Source: Octopus vulgaris (lineage: Eukaryota). From it: a stretch of DNA of 64,000 bases. The stretch lies in assembly GCA_951406725.2 (NCBI GenBank), contig OX597826.1:77500001-77564000 (forward strand), given 5' to 3'. Each line of letters begins with the position of its first letter. The stretch's first letter is position 1. A program made the position numbers and the translations under genes. The notes beneath the pieces were generated by a model, which saw only the letters and a program-made list of their open reading frames with translations, did not search any database and was not told the DNA's origin. Below, piece after piece: positions 25,687 through 40,139 of this stretch.

Positions 25687-28262
25687 TGACCCACACACAT
25701 GCGCACAAACAAACAAAAAAAAGAAAAAAGGGAACGCAGCTCTTTTTCCAATACCTTCATGACAAAAGACACCTATTAATTGATGATAAATTAAAGAAAC
25801 TGAAAACGTAGTTTCCAATCTATCATTTTGAAATGTTTCCCCAGGTGTAAATATAATCCACGGCAATTTCCATCAAGTGTAAAAGACGGTAAAACCTGGG
25901 ACTCCATCAGTTATGATAACAAGGGTTCCAGTTGATCCCATCAACAGAACAGCCTGCTTGTGAAATTAAGGCACAAGTGGCTGAGTACTCCACAGACACT
26001 TGTGTACTCTTAATGTAGTTGTCGGAGAGATTCAGCTTGACACAGAATGTGACAAGGCTGGCCCCTTTCAAATACAGTTCGTTTTTGCCAGCCGAGTGGA
26101 CTGGGACAATATAAAGTAAAGCATCTTGCTCAAGGACACAATGCACAGCTGGGAATTGAACTCATGGCCTCGGGACCATGAGCTGAATTCCTGAACCACT
26201 GAGCCATGTGCCTTCAAATTGGTGTCTGGAGAGAGTTCTTGTATGATGGTGTAGTTTTGTTGGTCTCAAGGGTTAGTCTTTGTCTGGATGTGAATATATT
26301 TAGAAAGATGTCAAGCATTGCAGAAACTGGGGCAACAATTGCTCTTCGTAAGATGCCTGTTACCAAAGCTGTTTAGCAGTGAAGGGCTTGGATCATTCTT
26401 GTACCTTTTAACCACTTCATAGAGCCTTTTCATAACACTGGAGTACATTTCAGTTTAAATACAAAGACCATGTGAGATGAGAAGAAATACTGACATCCTC
26501 TGAGATATAAGAGAGCTCACAAATGTGACAAAACCATAGGCATCACCATTAGTGGAATTGCTGCTGTCAATGACAGCCATGATTGTAGAAGCGATTTCAC
26601 AGGCAGTAAAAAAAATTCTTCATTTTTTAAATCCAGTTTGAATGCAGACAAATTGGTGAGTAAAAGGTGTTTCTCTCAATTGTGAAAGAAGAAAAAAATA
26701 ATCAAAATACTGATACAGAGTTGGAATATGATAAAGGAAAATGTTGAGCAAGTTTGTTGTTAACAATACCACCATCATACGTGCATGTGTGTATGATGCA
26801 TACATTAGCAGGAAAACCTGTGCAAAGGAGACCAAAGTTTTAAGGCTTTCAATATACACCCACATCACCATCATCATCTTTGTTTTTAACATCCGCTTTT
26901 CCATGCTTCCATCTGTTGGATAGAATTTATTGAGGGGGATTACTTTCTACAGGTGGATGCTCTTCCTGACGCCAACCCTCACCTGTTTCCAAGTTAAGTA
27001 CTGTCCCCCCCGCCCCCCAGGCCAGACATGTCTTTAGAAAAGATTGGAAGTGAAGGCCACCACTTACAACTTGCTTACAACTATGAAATGATGTTAAGCC
27101 AAGGAGACAGATACATACATATTATGTGTGTACGCATGTGTGTGTGTGAACATACATATATATATATAAATAAATATATATATTTTTTTATTTCATCTAG
27201 TTTCAGCTCACGAGCTGTGGCCATGCTGGGGCACCGCCATTTATGAGAGAAAGTTGTGGCGAAAGAGTCAGCATTACTTTCTGCCGGGACTGCATGGAGC
27301 TTAGGTGTTTTGCTCATAAACACACACATCGCCTGGTCTATGATTCGAACTAGCGATCCCTCAACCACAAGTCCGCTGGGTGCAATGGTCAAATTGTCGC
27401 CATTTTCTATATTTTTAATTTTGCGCATGCACATTGTTTTCGATTTTGTTGACTACACTGTATAGTAGGGTCAGTTGGGCACCATCTGTGAGAAAAACAG
27501 CACCATGACACAATTCACTCTGCTAGAAATTTGGAAACGACATGCTGTACTGCTTGGGATTCATGCCAAAAGTTCTAATACAAACAGATGGTGAACACAG
27601 AGAACAACCGCTGGCTTGCCGTGTCCCCAAAACATATACCGAGAGTGATAAGAATCAAACAACCAGTCAACATCATGGTGTTTGGAGTGACCACTAGTGA
27701 TGGCAATGTTATGCTTCCATTCATCTTCCCACACAGCCTCAGACTTGACACGGAGGCCTTCATCAAGCACCTGGAGGAGGTAGTGCTGCCCTGGGTCAAG
27801 AGGGTGACTGCTGGAAGACCTTATCTCTGGCAACAGGATGCTGCACCATGCCACACAAGCAGGAGAACCCAGTTGTGGCTCTCAGACAATTTCTGCAACC
27901 ACATCACGCCTAAAATCTAACCACCTAACTCCCCAGACAGCAACCCCCTTGATTATTATGTGTGGGGTACAGTTGAGTGAGAGACTAATAAAAATCCTTG
28001 GAATACCAAAGATGAACAGAAGGCAAGGATTATGGCAGCATTCACCATCTTGAACAAGGAAACCACCCAGAAGAGTTCCAAGAGATTCCAAAATCATCTG
28101 GAGGCCATGGTTGAAGCCAGTGGTGATTTTATTGAATAAATTTACTCTTTAGTATTTCAAGATATTTTTATGTAATTTTGGTAAATATATCCGTTGAAAT
28201 GAGATGTCAGTGTTATTTTAATTTTTGCGTAATTTAGACAACAATATATTCACCACACCCTG

Positions 28263-28296
<34 letters not shown>

Positions 28297-30689
28297 CATT
28301 TGATAGGCTTCTTTCAGTCTCCATCAACCCAATCTACTCATAAGGCTTTGGGTTCGCTCAGTGCTGTAGTAGAAAGCACTTATCCAAAGTCCATACAATG
28401 GGGGACTGAATCGAAAAAAACCTGCATGGTTGAGAAGCAAAGTTTTCACTACAAAGCCACACCTGCCCCTTACACATACACACACACACACACCAATACA
28501 TCCTTTTAGTATATTCTTGAAATAGTTACTGCATGATCAACACTCCAAAGCAGAGTTAGGGTCAGCTAATAATACATGAAAAGATGTACAAGTGATATAA
28601 AATGAGAACAAAGATGGATGGAAGGACAAATAAACAACGTTTTCTTTTTGATACATCCCCTAAAACATCCCCCAGCACCCCCCCCCAAATTAGCAGTATT
28701 TAGAATCTTATACATGTTTACCTGGATACCCCTACTACCTACCCATAGAGCAAACTTTATATAAGAGGTGGTGAGTTTTATCTCCAGCATACAACATACA
28801 CATAAAAATATTCACTGAGAAACCAATGTTCATTTTTATTTCCATATATTCTTTGCGTCGCAATTTAAATTGCATAAATAAATTCCTCATTCAATGCTAG
28901 AATAATGCAAAAAACGGTGGCATTTCATTGTGGAATTTATAAGTCATTAACAGGAGACTGTGTAAAGCTTAGACATCTAAACTGACAGAAGAGGTCATTA
29001 TATGTATACAACACATATCTCTCTTTCACTGTTGCTCTCATTTATCTCCTGTTCACTAGCCTTTCCTTTCCATCTGGAATACCCTTGTAATCTGCTCTAC
29101 AACAAGACACCTATCACTGCTGCTCTAGACCCTTAATCTCTCAACTGGCACAAAGCCACCACCCCCTCATTACTACCCTCCCACCTCCTAGTTGAAACGT
29201 TTACATTTTTTTGACTTGCAATATACTTGGCGACCCAGCTGGTGATGGTGCCACATAAAGAGCACCCAATACACTCTGTAATGGGGCTTGGTGTTAGCAA
29301 AGGCATCCATCCACAGAAACATTATAGCAAAACAAACAATGGGGCCTGGTGCAAGGCCTTGGCTTTACCAGCTCCAATCAAACCATGCCAACATGGAAAT
29401 GAGGTGTGCATGTGTGTGTGTGTGCATGTGTATGCATGTGTGTGTGTGTGTGTGTGTACAGTTTGGTGTATAAATTCTTATTTATAGTCTCAGAAGAGTG
29501 ACAGAGTGAATCATCAGCTGTGTGTATATAGGCTTTGCTTCTGTGTGTACCTATGTCTGTGCGTTTGTGTGTACACGTGTGTGTGCAAGTTTGCATTTGT
29601 GTTTAAACCTCTGTGTGTGTGTGTATGAGCATATAGGCACATGCATGGGTGCATGTGTGTGTGTATTGATCTGAGCCAATCAAATAAAAATCATCAGAGT
29701 CGGAGTGAAGTAATGACAAGAGAAATATTACCAATAACTGTGCAGCCAGCGGGACACACATAAATATGGAAACAGAAGCATAAACACACACACATCTTGG
29801 TTCCATTACATATCACAACCTCTAAATGGTAAGTTTCAAGTCTGAACCAATATCAAGCTATTCCAACATCAGAGCAAACTTTATGATTTTCTCCTCCATC
29901 CTGTAGTGCTCCACCACCCTCAAGAAACCACGTTGGTTTCTGAGACTTGAGCTGCCAGCCATCCCACAGAATGCCTGGCTCTGGCTGATTCGGCACCATA
30001 GACTTGTTTGTTCGTGTAAAACTGTGAACAGCTTTGAAGACCAGAAGTGTTCTTATCATTGGTGCCAAACTCCCTGTCTGCTGCAGCTTCTAATGCTGAC
30101 GTTGTCATCAAAATGACAGACAAGATTCTATGGAGTGCTGACCTCTACACAATAGAGAAGAAATTGAAGCCAATTTTCTCACAAACCATATTGTACCATT
30201 TATTAAGAAAAGAACTGAGAGAAAACGAAGTTGAACTGGAGTAGTAGTGATAATCTTTCTTCACTTTCTCTCTCTCTCTCTCTCTTTGGAATAGACATAA
30301 AGAGCAAGTGTGTGTATGTGACACACATATGAAGTTAGACATAGCAAAAAAAGAGATGGTGATGACAGCAGTAGTATGTTTGTGAGAAATCAAACAGTTT
30401 GTTTTTCTCCTTCAGTCACTTTAATCTTTTTATATCTTCTTTGTCTCCCTCTTACAGGAGGGAGCAGCGTAAGACAGAGAATGAGAGACACAAATGAATG
30501 GAGGACAGATAAAGAGAGAAGAATGATGAAAACTCAATAATACATTCATTCACATAATTTGTGAGTACGAGACGTTTTGGCACAGCTGTTTCGGCACAGC
30601 TGATTCATTGGCAGAAGTTTTAATGGCCCTCACTTTCTCTCACCTTCTCTCTCTCTCTTTCTCTTTCCTCTCTCTCTTTCTCCCACACT

Positions 30690-30728
<39 letters not shown>

Positions 30729-32388
30729 GCATATTTCTCATTATGTGTATGGGGAGAGGGAAACAGTTGAAGTCAATTGTGTAAATAAATTGTAATGTCC
30801 CACTCTCTCACACTCTCTCTGTATATATATTCCTGCAGGCATGTACACAGGCATGCATGCATGTGAGTGTGTGTGTGTATGTGTGTGTATATGTTTACCT
30901 CCAGTGCCAAAAAAATTCTGTTGCCAAAATAGATCCAAAGTCCAGTCAACCATACTAAATTGTCAGAATCCAAACAACCACGCCACTTGTCTCATTCCAA
31001 TAACTTCTTTCCAAGTTCTTGCTGTTAATGTGATTCACATCGGATTCAAAATGACTCAAAATGCCTCCCTTCTTTTTTGTTACCTACCAATGACTATTCA
31101 AAAGGATTACAGTACAGTTCTATATTTAAGAGATGAGGAATTATGTACATTATTTATATTCGCCGGATATTTGTCCTCATCTTGTTTGTTGTTAACACAG
31201 TGTTTCAGCTGATATACCCTCCAGCCTTCATCAGGTGTCTTGAGGAAATTTCGAACATGGGTTCTCATTCCTAAGGTATTTTTTTGATATTATTATTATT
31301 ATTATTCAGGTCATTGCTTGGAATCAAACTCGAAATCTTGGGGTTAGTAGCCTGTGCTTGTAGTTGTTAAGAGTACAGGCTACTAACCCCAAGATTCCAA
31401 GTTCGATTCCAGGCAGAGACTTGAATAATAATAATAATAATGATAATAATAATAATAATAATAATAACATCAAAAAATAACTTAGGAATGAGAATCCAGG
31501 TTTGTAATTTCCCCAAGACACCTGATGAAGGCTGGAGGGTATATCAGCCGAAACATTGTGTTAACAAGAAAGAAGATGGGGACAAATATCAGTCAATTGT
31601 AAATAATGTAGGATTACAGTAGTTTCAGATTAAGAAAAACAGCTGAAAAAAATAAGGGGTTTTTCACTTCAAACATTTTAGTTAAACCAGTAACATCTTA
31701 ATAATAAGAAAAAAAGTCATCATACTCTGTTCCCAACCTGCGGTCTGTGGACCCCTGGTGGTCCCCTAAGGTAGTACAGGGGATCCATAGACTAAATTCA
31801 AAATTTCCTATGTAAGCAGTTTGCTTACCAACCACATGGTTCTGGGTTCAGTCCCACAACAAAACATGTTCTGATGCAACGCTTGTGCCTAAATTCCAAA
31901 CCCTATATGTGTATTGAAGGAGGGCAAGAACCAGTGGTCTATCCATTTCCATAGATCTGTTGCTATATGTATAGATATTCTTTCTACTCTAGGTTTGGAA
32001 TTTTGCAAGAAGGGGTTAGCTAATTACATCAAACCCAGAGCCCCATGATAAACAAAGTTATCCTGGTGGAATTTGAACTCAAAACATTGAAGAAGGAATC
32101 TCTCATAAGAGTGTCAGGTAGATCTCACCTTCAGAATCTCCTGTCTTTTACACTTCAATTAGTCCATTGTCAGGAATCATTATTATCATACAAAATATTG
32201 TCTGAATTTTATTCATTAAAGAATGACTTGTTAATCAGTTAATTAGTGAACTGTTAAAAAAACATATTACACACGTCTGTTTAGAGGTATTGTCATCAAG
32301 ACATTGAGGTGTTTTAGTACAATGATAAACGAGTTTCCGTTTACCTATACAGGTGTATCAACCTAGACACATTCATATGCTGGGTGTC

Positions 32389-32419
<31 letters not shown>

Positions 32420-35160
32420 ATAACAGGTACAGTCTCTTCAATAAGGTTAAAACTGTAACAAAGAAACTAGACCATCTTCAACAGATTCACCTTTTTAATT
32501 ATTTCTTATTGAATGTGATGGAATTCCAAGCAATAAACTACGAACGTATTCTTTATTCTTGCTTCTTCTTGTGACAGTGAAAACTTTTATTTATTTATTT
32601 TTCATAACTTTTTTTTTATTAAACCATTCTCTTCAATAATTTAATGGAACGAAACTGCCATATTCATCTGTAAAAAAAAAACCCCGCAAAACAAAATAAA
32701 CAATGAAAACCACTTCTACTCACAGTAATACAATTTGGCAGAACATTTTGGATTTTTGCACTATTTCTTTTTTTTTTTCTTTTTCTAAAGCAATTCAATT
32801 CACCAAAGTTGTCTAATTCAAGGGAACAAAACCAACATATTCTAGGAATTGTTTAAGTATTTTCTATTCCTCCTACCAATTTAAAGAACAACATTCAATA
32901 ACATGTTGTTGTTTTTTTATTTTTGGTTTTTGCAATTAACTCCACTTTAATACAATTGGAAGAACAGGCCCCATTATATTCATCAACAATTGTTTTAAAA
33001 TTCCTTCCACTCTCTCGCAAAACTGCTGCAAATAAACCAGCAGAATCATCAAATTTTTCTTCTTTTTTACAAAGAAATATACCAGCATAATGAGGAGAAT
33101 GATTAAATCCCTGTTAATTATATTTACGAATCATTTAAAATTAAAACCATTTTTTGCACCTTAATGGGAGAGTTCACCGAAATGAAATGGCAATAAGTTC
33201 AAATTCCATAAAGTACACTTCACTATTCACCGTTGCAAGGTCTTTAAAATAAATACCAATGACTACAGATGCCAGCATGCTAATGCTAAAAACAACAACA
33301 GAGTGGAGGTGCAATGGCCCAGTGGTTAGGGCAGTGGACTCGTAGTCGTAAAAACATGGTTTCGATTCCCAGACTGGGCATTGTGAGTGTTTATTGAGCA
33401 AAAACACCTAAGCTCCATGAGGCTCCAGCAGGGGTGGTCGTGATCCCTGCTGTACTCTTTCACCACAACTTTTCTCTCACTCTTTATTCCTACATCTGTC
33501 ACAAAGTACCACCACCATGGTGTAACCCACTATGGTGTGGTAAACTTTCATACCCTAGTCTAGATTGCGAATCCTCTGTACCCCACGATGGTTCATCTCT
33601 CCACCCGTTAAAAGCCACCGCTTACGGAATGATGATAACAACGTAGCTTTCGCACCCGTGCAACCGCCAGTCTATCGCGTGAGGTGGGTGGATCTTCAAG
33701 TTGCCCACATGCATTCTTAGTAGCTTAGAGTAGGCTCGAATTAGAGATCATTCTTTGTGGCTAATGGCATGAGTCCTGATTTTTTTGGTGAAGAAGAAGA
33801 AGACAACAACAACGGAGGAGTGAACCAAAGCAAACATTGAGGGGTTGATGGTTGTGGAGAGGGGTTGATGGTCGTGGAGAGGGGTTGAAGGCCTGACTGA
33901 TAAGTCGGTGGCTTGGTTGAGGGGTTGCTTTGTGTGAATGGGTAAGTAAATAGAAACTAATCAACAAATACCTGATAACACCTTGGGATCTTGATGTCTG
34001 TACCTCTAAACACACAGATTTTATCTTTCCCTTGTTTCAGACATTAGACTGTGGCCATACTGGAGCACGGCATCGAATCTTTTAGTCAAATGAGTTGACC
34101 CCAAGTACCTAAACCTGGTACTTATTGTATTGGTCTCTTTTTGCTGAAATGCTAAGTTATAGGGATGTAAACACACCAACACTGGTTGCCATGCAATGGC
34201 GGAGGACAAACACAGACACAAAGGTACGCACACACACACACACACAGATATGTAAATACATATAGAATGGGCTTCTTTCAGCTTCTGTCAACCAAATCCA
34301 TTCACAAGGCTTTGGTTGACCCGAGGCTATATCAGAAGACACTAGACCAAGGCGCCACACAGTGGAACTGAACCCAGAACCTTGTGGTTGGGAAGCAAGC
34401 TTCTTACCACATAGCCACACCTTCATCTATGTCCATCATGTTTTTAACAGCTCTCTAATTAACAGATAAATATGTTATTCTTAAAACCAGACATTTCATA
34501 ATTGGAATTGACAGTTTGGTTGCAGGTTCCTTGACAAGTCGATTCTTTGTTTTACAAGTTTGATGGTTTGGTTGAGGATTTGGCTTGACAGGTTAATGAT
34601 TTCATTAAGGACCTAGATATCTTGGTTGAGGGGTTTAATTGGAAGATTACTTGATTGGTTGTGGAGTCGATGATTTCGTGGCCGAGTTGATGGTTTGATA
34701 GCTGGATGATAGATTAGTTGATGGGTTGATCATTTCAAAGAAATCCTAATGATTTGGCTGCAGACTTGATGGCTAAGGTTGAAGTTTGGTGGTTCAGTTG
34801 AAAGGTTGATGGTTTGGTCGAGAGGCTGGTGGTTTTTGTAGATGGTTTAAAGGATTGGTCGATGGTGTGTGTCGGATAATGGTTGGCATTCATGTAGGTT
34901 GGCAATGTCTGCCAATAGCATCTCTCTCTTTTACTCTTTTACTTGTTTCAGTCATTTGACTGTGGCCATGCTGAAGCACCACCTTTAGTCGAGCAAATCG
35001 ACCCCAGGACTTATTCTTTGTAAGCCTAGTACTTATTCTATCAGTTCTCTTTTGCTGAACTGCTAAGTTACAGGGACGTAAACACACCATCATCGGTTGT
35101 CAAGTGATGTTGGGGGGACAAACAGACACACAAACATATACACACACGTACATAAGAGCC

Positions 35161-35203
<43 letters not shown>

Positions 35204-37485
35204 CCTGTGTTTGTCCCCCCAACATCGCTTGACATCTGATGCTGGTGTGTTTACGTCCCTGTAACTTAGCGGTTCAGCAAAAGAGAACTGATAGAATAAG
35301 TACTAGGCTTACAAAGAATAAGTACTGGGGTCGATTTGCTTGACTAAAGGCGGTGCTCCAGGATGGCTGCAGTAAAATGACTGAAACAAGTAAAACAGTA
35401 AAAGAATACATGTATGTATGTGTATGTATACTCACACCATCATTACCATCCACATCAATCAATCTTTATGCCACATGGCGCCTCTTCCACTCCTAGTACC
35501 AATGTTACTACCAGTGCCACTATCCCCACCTCACATGCCATCCATGGCCACCACCACCATACATCCACCACATCTCTGTAGCTAACAACGCTTTTCTTTT
35601 GATCTCTGCAGTGATTATGGTGATTATGGTGCCGAAATGCACTTTAAAATTTTAATAACAATATCCAGAGCTTTGATCATAATATGAGGATAACTCTTAA
35701 TTCATTTTAAATAAAGAGATTGGGACCAGCAATTTTGATAACAATAACAGGTTAATGAAATTATAAGCAGCTTCTAGTTCACACATACACAGATTCATGG
35801 GATGTTTGCAAGTGTAATTCTCATTTAATTATCAAAAATACAAAATGAATATCAGAAGAAAATATGAAAACTTGGTTAAAATTGGGATCCAGAAAAATTT
35901 TGCCACAAGGTAAAATAAATATTTGAGATACTTTGCCCAAAACACAAAGAGTAGAAGCTACTTGCAGGACTTTTTGTAAATTCTTTTAAATCCTATTTCT
36001 TTACTACCCACAAGGGGTTAAACACAGAGAGGATGAACAAGGTGAGACAAATGGATTAAATTGATTATATCGACCCCAGTGCATAACGGTTCTGCCAGCT
36101 CGCCGCCTTCTTTTAAATCCATTGCAATGTTGATAAGCAGGGATCTCAGGGTCACAAGCATTTCGCCCCTTACCCTGTACACTTTGTGTGGTGTTAGTGG
36201 TGTTATGGGCTGTGATGGAGCTATGTGGTGTTGGTGGAGGGGACTGCAGATGAGGTGGACGGAAGTAAGGACTGCAGGGGCCTGTGACACAGGCACAGAG
36301 CATGCGTGGTCAAGAAGCACGTGTGGTCAGTTCGAGCAGAGATGGCAGCGAGACAAGACGTGTTTAATTCGTGAGAGTGACCGCTGATTCTACCGAGGTC
36401 AACAGGTAAGGCCTTTCGTATTTCTTTCTCTCGTTTGCATCTTTTTCTGAATTAGTCTTTCCCTGCGGAAGAGTTCCATTTATGGTCTCTGGTCAACCAC
36501 AGCCAACTTGACCTGACTTCAGCTACTATTCTTATCTCCTTGTGGGCTATCTTCAGTTGTTTGGCTTCCAGACCAATCTTCTGCAGGAATAGCATGACAA
36601 TTTCATAAAACTAAAATAAATCTTTATATTCTAGAGCAAGGCACTAGAGATTGGTACTAGGGTAAAATAGAATGGAAATAAACTATGATTAAAGTGTGTC
36701 TAATGAGTAAATATAATTAATTAAGAGCTGTAGAAATATTGTTGTTAACAAGAGAGGTAAGCAAGGGAGATAATACACCTTATTACATGGATTTAACAGT
36801 TTAATTTCCGATGTTAAATTTTAAGTTTTGAAGTGAAATATTAAAGCAAATATTTTCAGTTTTTGTTGCTAGAATGTTTTTTTTTTAGCTGTTCTTCATT
36901 CATTTAATCAAAGTTATAGCTTTTAATAACTATTAGATCTTTCCAGATATGACTGTCTTGCTGATTGCATCATTATGACAACTCATTCAAAGATGAGAAA
37001 ATTAACTCAAACACAAATTTCACTATAAAATAAAATGACAGAAAAAGTTAATTTTTTCATTTCATTTCCTCCCAAAAATAAATGTGGAATTTTGTTAATA
37101 TTCGATAGTGGTTGTTCTCCATGAACACATATTTCATAAGTGTTCTGGTGAGCATGTTAACAGACTAACAAAACCAATTCCTCTATAAATGACCCTTTAA
37201 CCTTTTAGCATTTGAATCAGTAATATGAGGCCCAAATATTCTAAGGGCTTCAATTCCCAGACTAGCAACACATTTTGTTCTTGATCAAAACACTTCATTT
37301 CATGTTGCCCCAGTCCACTCAGCTGTCAATGTCTAACCCTGTGATGGAACAGCTTTCCAATCAGGGGAAATGTTGGCCTGCTCACCTAGTCAGTAGGATG
37401 GCATCGTTCAAAAGCTAAAATGATGCAAAACGCATTGTGACCAGCAATGTATAACAACATCTGATAGTCAGGTTAATCATGTGAG

Positions 37486-37545
<60 letters not shown>

Positions 37546-40089
37546 CACCACTCCATAAATAGTGCAGTTTTTTTTTTCAATTTCATGAACTTAAAGTCGG
37601 AGGTGAATGGAATAAACTACCTACATCAACTTGCTATAAAAAGCAGGTAGTAATTTTACCTTGCACTTATTCTTAGTGCAAGTTTGAAAGAGTGCAGTTC
37701 AATTTTAACAGTTATTTTTTCAAAGCCATAATGGAAGTGACAAAGGAGCATATTCGGCATATTTTGCTTTATGTGTTCAATAAAGGCAACAACGGAACGG
37801 TAAATGTGAGGAACATTAATGAAGTATATGGGGATCAGACAATAAGCGTAATCTTCAGAAATTCCAAGCTAGAAACTACAGCTTAGATGAGCCTCATCTT
37901 GGAAGATCTGTAGAGCTTACCGAAGATGCCCTGCAAACCCTGGTGGAGCAAAATCCCATTGTTAACTGTTGAGGAATTAGCAGAGTAGCTTGGACTTGGT
38001 CATTCAACTATTCATCAATTCATGCATGCCATCAGAAAAGTCAGAAAATTGCGTTAATGGGTTCCTCACAAACTTTCCAAGTCTAATCCCGTACAAAAAG
38101 TGAATGTGTGCTCTTCTTTGCTGTCATGTAGAATGAATGAATTGTGACTGGTGACGAGAAATGGGTTCTCTATAAAAATGTCAAGCACTGAAGCCAATGA
38201 GTTGGGAAAGGAGAAACACCAGCACCCTAGGTTAAAGAAGATCTTCACCCACGTAAGGTGTTGTTATCTGTTTGATGGTATATGAAAGGTTTAGTCTACT
38301 TTAAACTTTTAAACCCAAACCAAACGATAACAAAGGAGATCTACTGTAAGCAGCTAAAGTCAGCGCTAGAAGAAAAATGACCATCTTTGGTTTCAAGATG
38401 AAAGGTTTTCTTCCATCAGGATAATACTCGGCCACATACAGTGAGGATGACATTCCAAAGGCTGGAGCAGATTGGATGGGAAATGATGCCCCACCTACCA
38501 TATTCACCAGACATTGCCCCATCTGATTATCATTTATTCCACAGTGTTCAAAATGATTTGGATGGGAAAAATATGAATTCTGTAGACGAGGTGAGAACAA
38601 TACTGGAGGAGTATTTTTCACCACAGACAGGTGAATTTTTGGAGAGAGACCTTGGAAGTCTAGCAGATAGATTGAAGAGCATTGTAGAAAATAAAGGAGA
38701 GTATATTTTATATTAAAAAAGAATTTTATCTTAATTTTGAAAAATAAAAGAAGTATAAAAAAAACGCATTATTTATGGGAATACCCAATATGGCTTCACA
38801 ACCACAAGGTCTCAGGTTCAGTCTGGTTGTGTGGTACCCTGGGGCAGATGTTTGTAACAATAGCCTGGGACAAACTAAAGCCTTGTGAATGGATTTGGTA
38901 AACAGAAACTAAAAGAAGCCTGACATATATATACACGCACACACACATTGTGAGTGTGTCCATGTGTGTGTGCATGCATGTTTGTGTCTCCTTCTCTTGA
39001 GACTCTACAAAAGCCATATATAGTCATATACGGGGTCATTCATTTTCAGTCTTCTGAAGGAAACATGTCTGGCCACCAGAAATATTACGTTGCTTGGAAA
39101 GAGGCAAAAAGGGTTAGCTACAGAAAGGGCATCTGGCTGTTGAAAAACTACCTCAATCAACTCCATCTGACCCATGCCAGCATGAGAATGTGGACGTTAA
39201 AACAACAATGATGTTGATGCAATATACACCTTTCCTTTCACCACCACCCCACTCTCCAATTCTTCATTAGCATACCTGCCTACCATTCATCCATTCCTTT
39301 CTTAGAACTTCTTCCATCCCCGTCTCATTCTAGCCACTATCACCAAGTCTGATCGACTTTCTTCATTCAACAAACCTCCTTCATAACGATCTGCCTTCAC
39401 GCTTTTCCATTTCCATGCTTCCAGTTCACCGTTCTCCCAACTGCAGCAGCACCTTTCCTACACACACAAATTCACTTAAATTTAGATGCCACATTAGTTA
39501 ATAATCTTCCTACACAACTACAATTCCAATGAACCCACCCAGCAAATATTGCACATTTAATGGAGATCACTCCACCACCACCACCACCACCACCTTCCTA
39601 CACTCTCCATCAACAACTTCCTCCTCCTCCTCCTCCTCCTCTGCATCTCACCACATGCTTTACTACTTAACATCAATGCTAATGTCTTACCAATATTCAT
39701 CTTCGTATCATTCATTTCCATACATTACTTCCACAAAGGACTGAAGGCTACGGGAAATACATCTGTAGGAGGAGGAGGTGGAGGAGGAGGAGGTGGAGGA
39801 GGAGGAGGAAGAGGACGTACTGCATTATACACGTTATGTATGTGTGTGTGTAGTGTCTGCATGTGTGTGTGTACATATACACATTATTTTATTCTTTTAC
39901 TTGTTTCAGTCATTTGACTGTGGCCATGCTGGAGCACCGCCTTTAGTCGAGCAAATCGATCCCGGGATTTATTCTTTCTAAGCCTAGTACATGTTCTATC
40001 ATCCCCTTTTGCCGAACCGCTAAGTTACAGGGATGTAAACACACCAACATCAGTTGTCAAGCGATGTTGGGGGGACAAACACAGACACA

Positions 40090-40139
<50 letters not shown>

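Noticed and set aside
29820-30245. Coding-like stretch with several short ORFs
   Set aside because: No identifiable motif or consistent splice signals.
36120-36412. GC-richer segment ending in a plus-strand CAG|GTAAG donor (possible antisense exon)
   Set aside because: No recognisable protein or partner exon. It adjoins a probable retroelement 3' end and may be its UTR.
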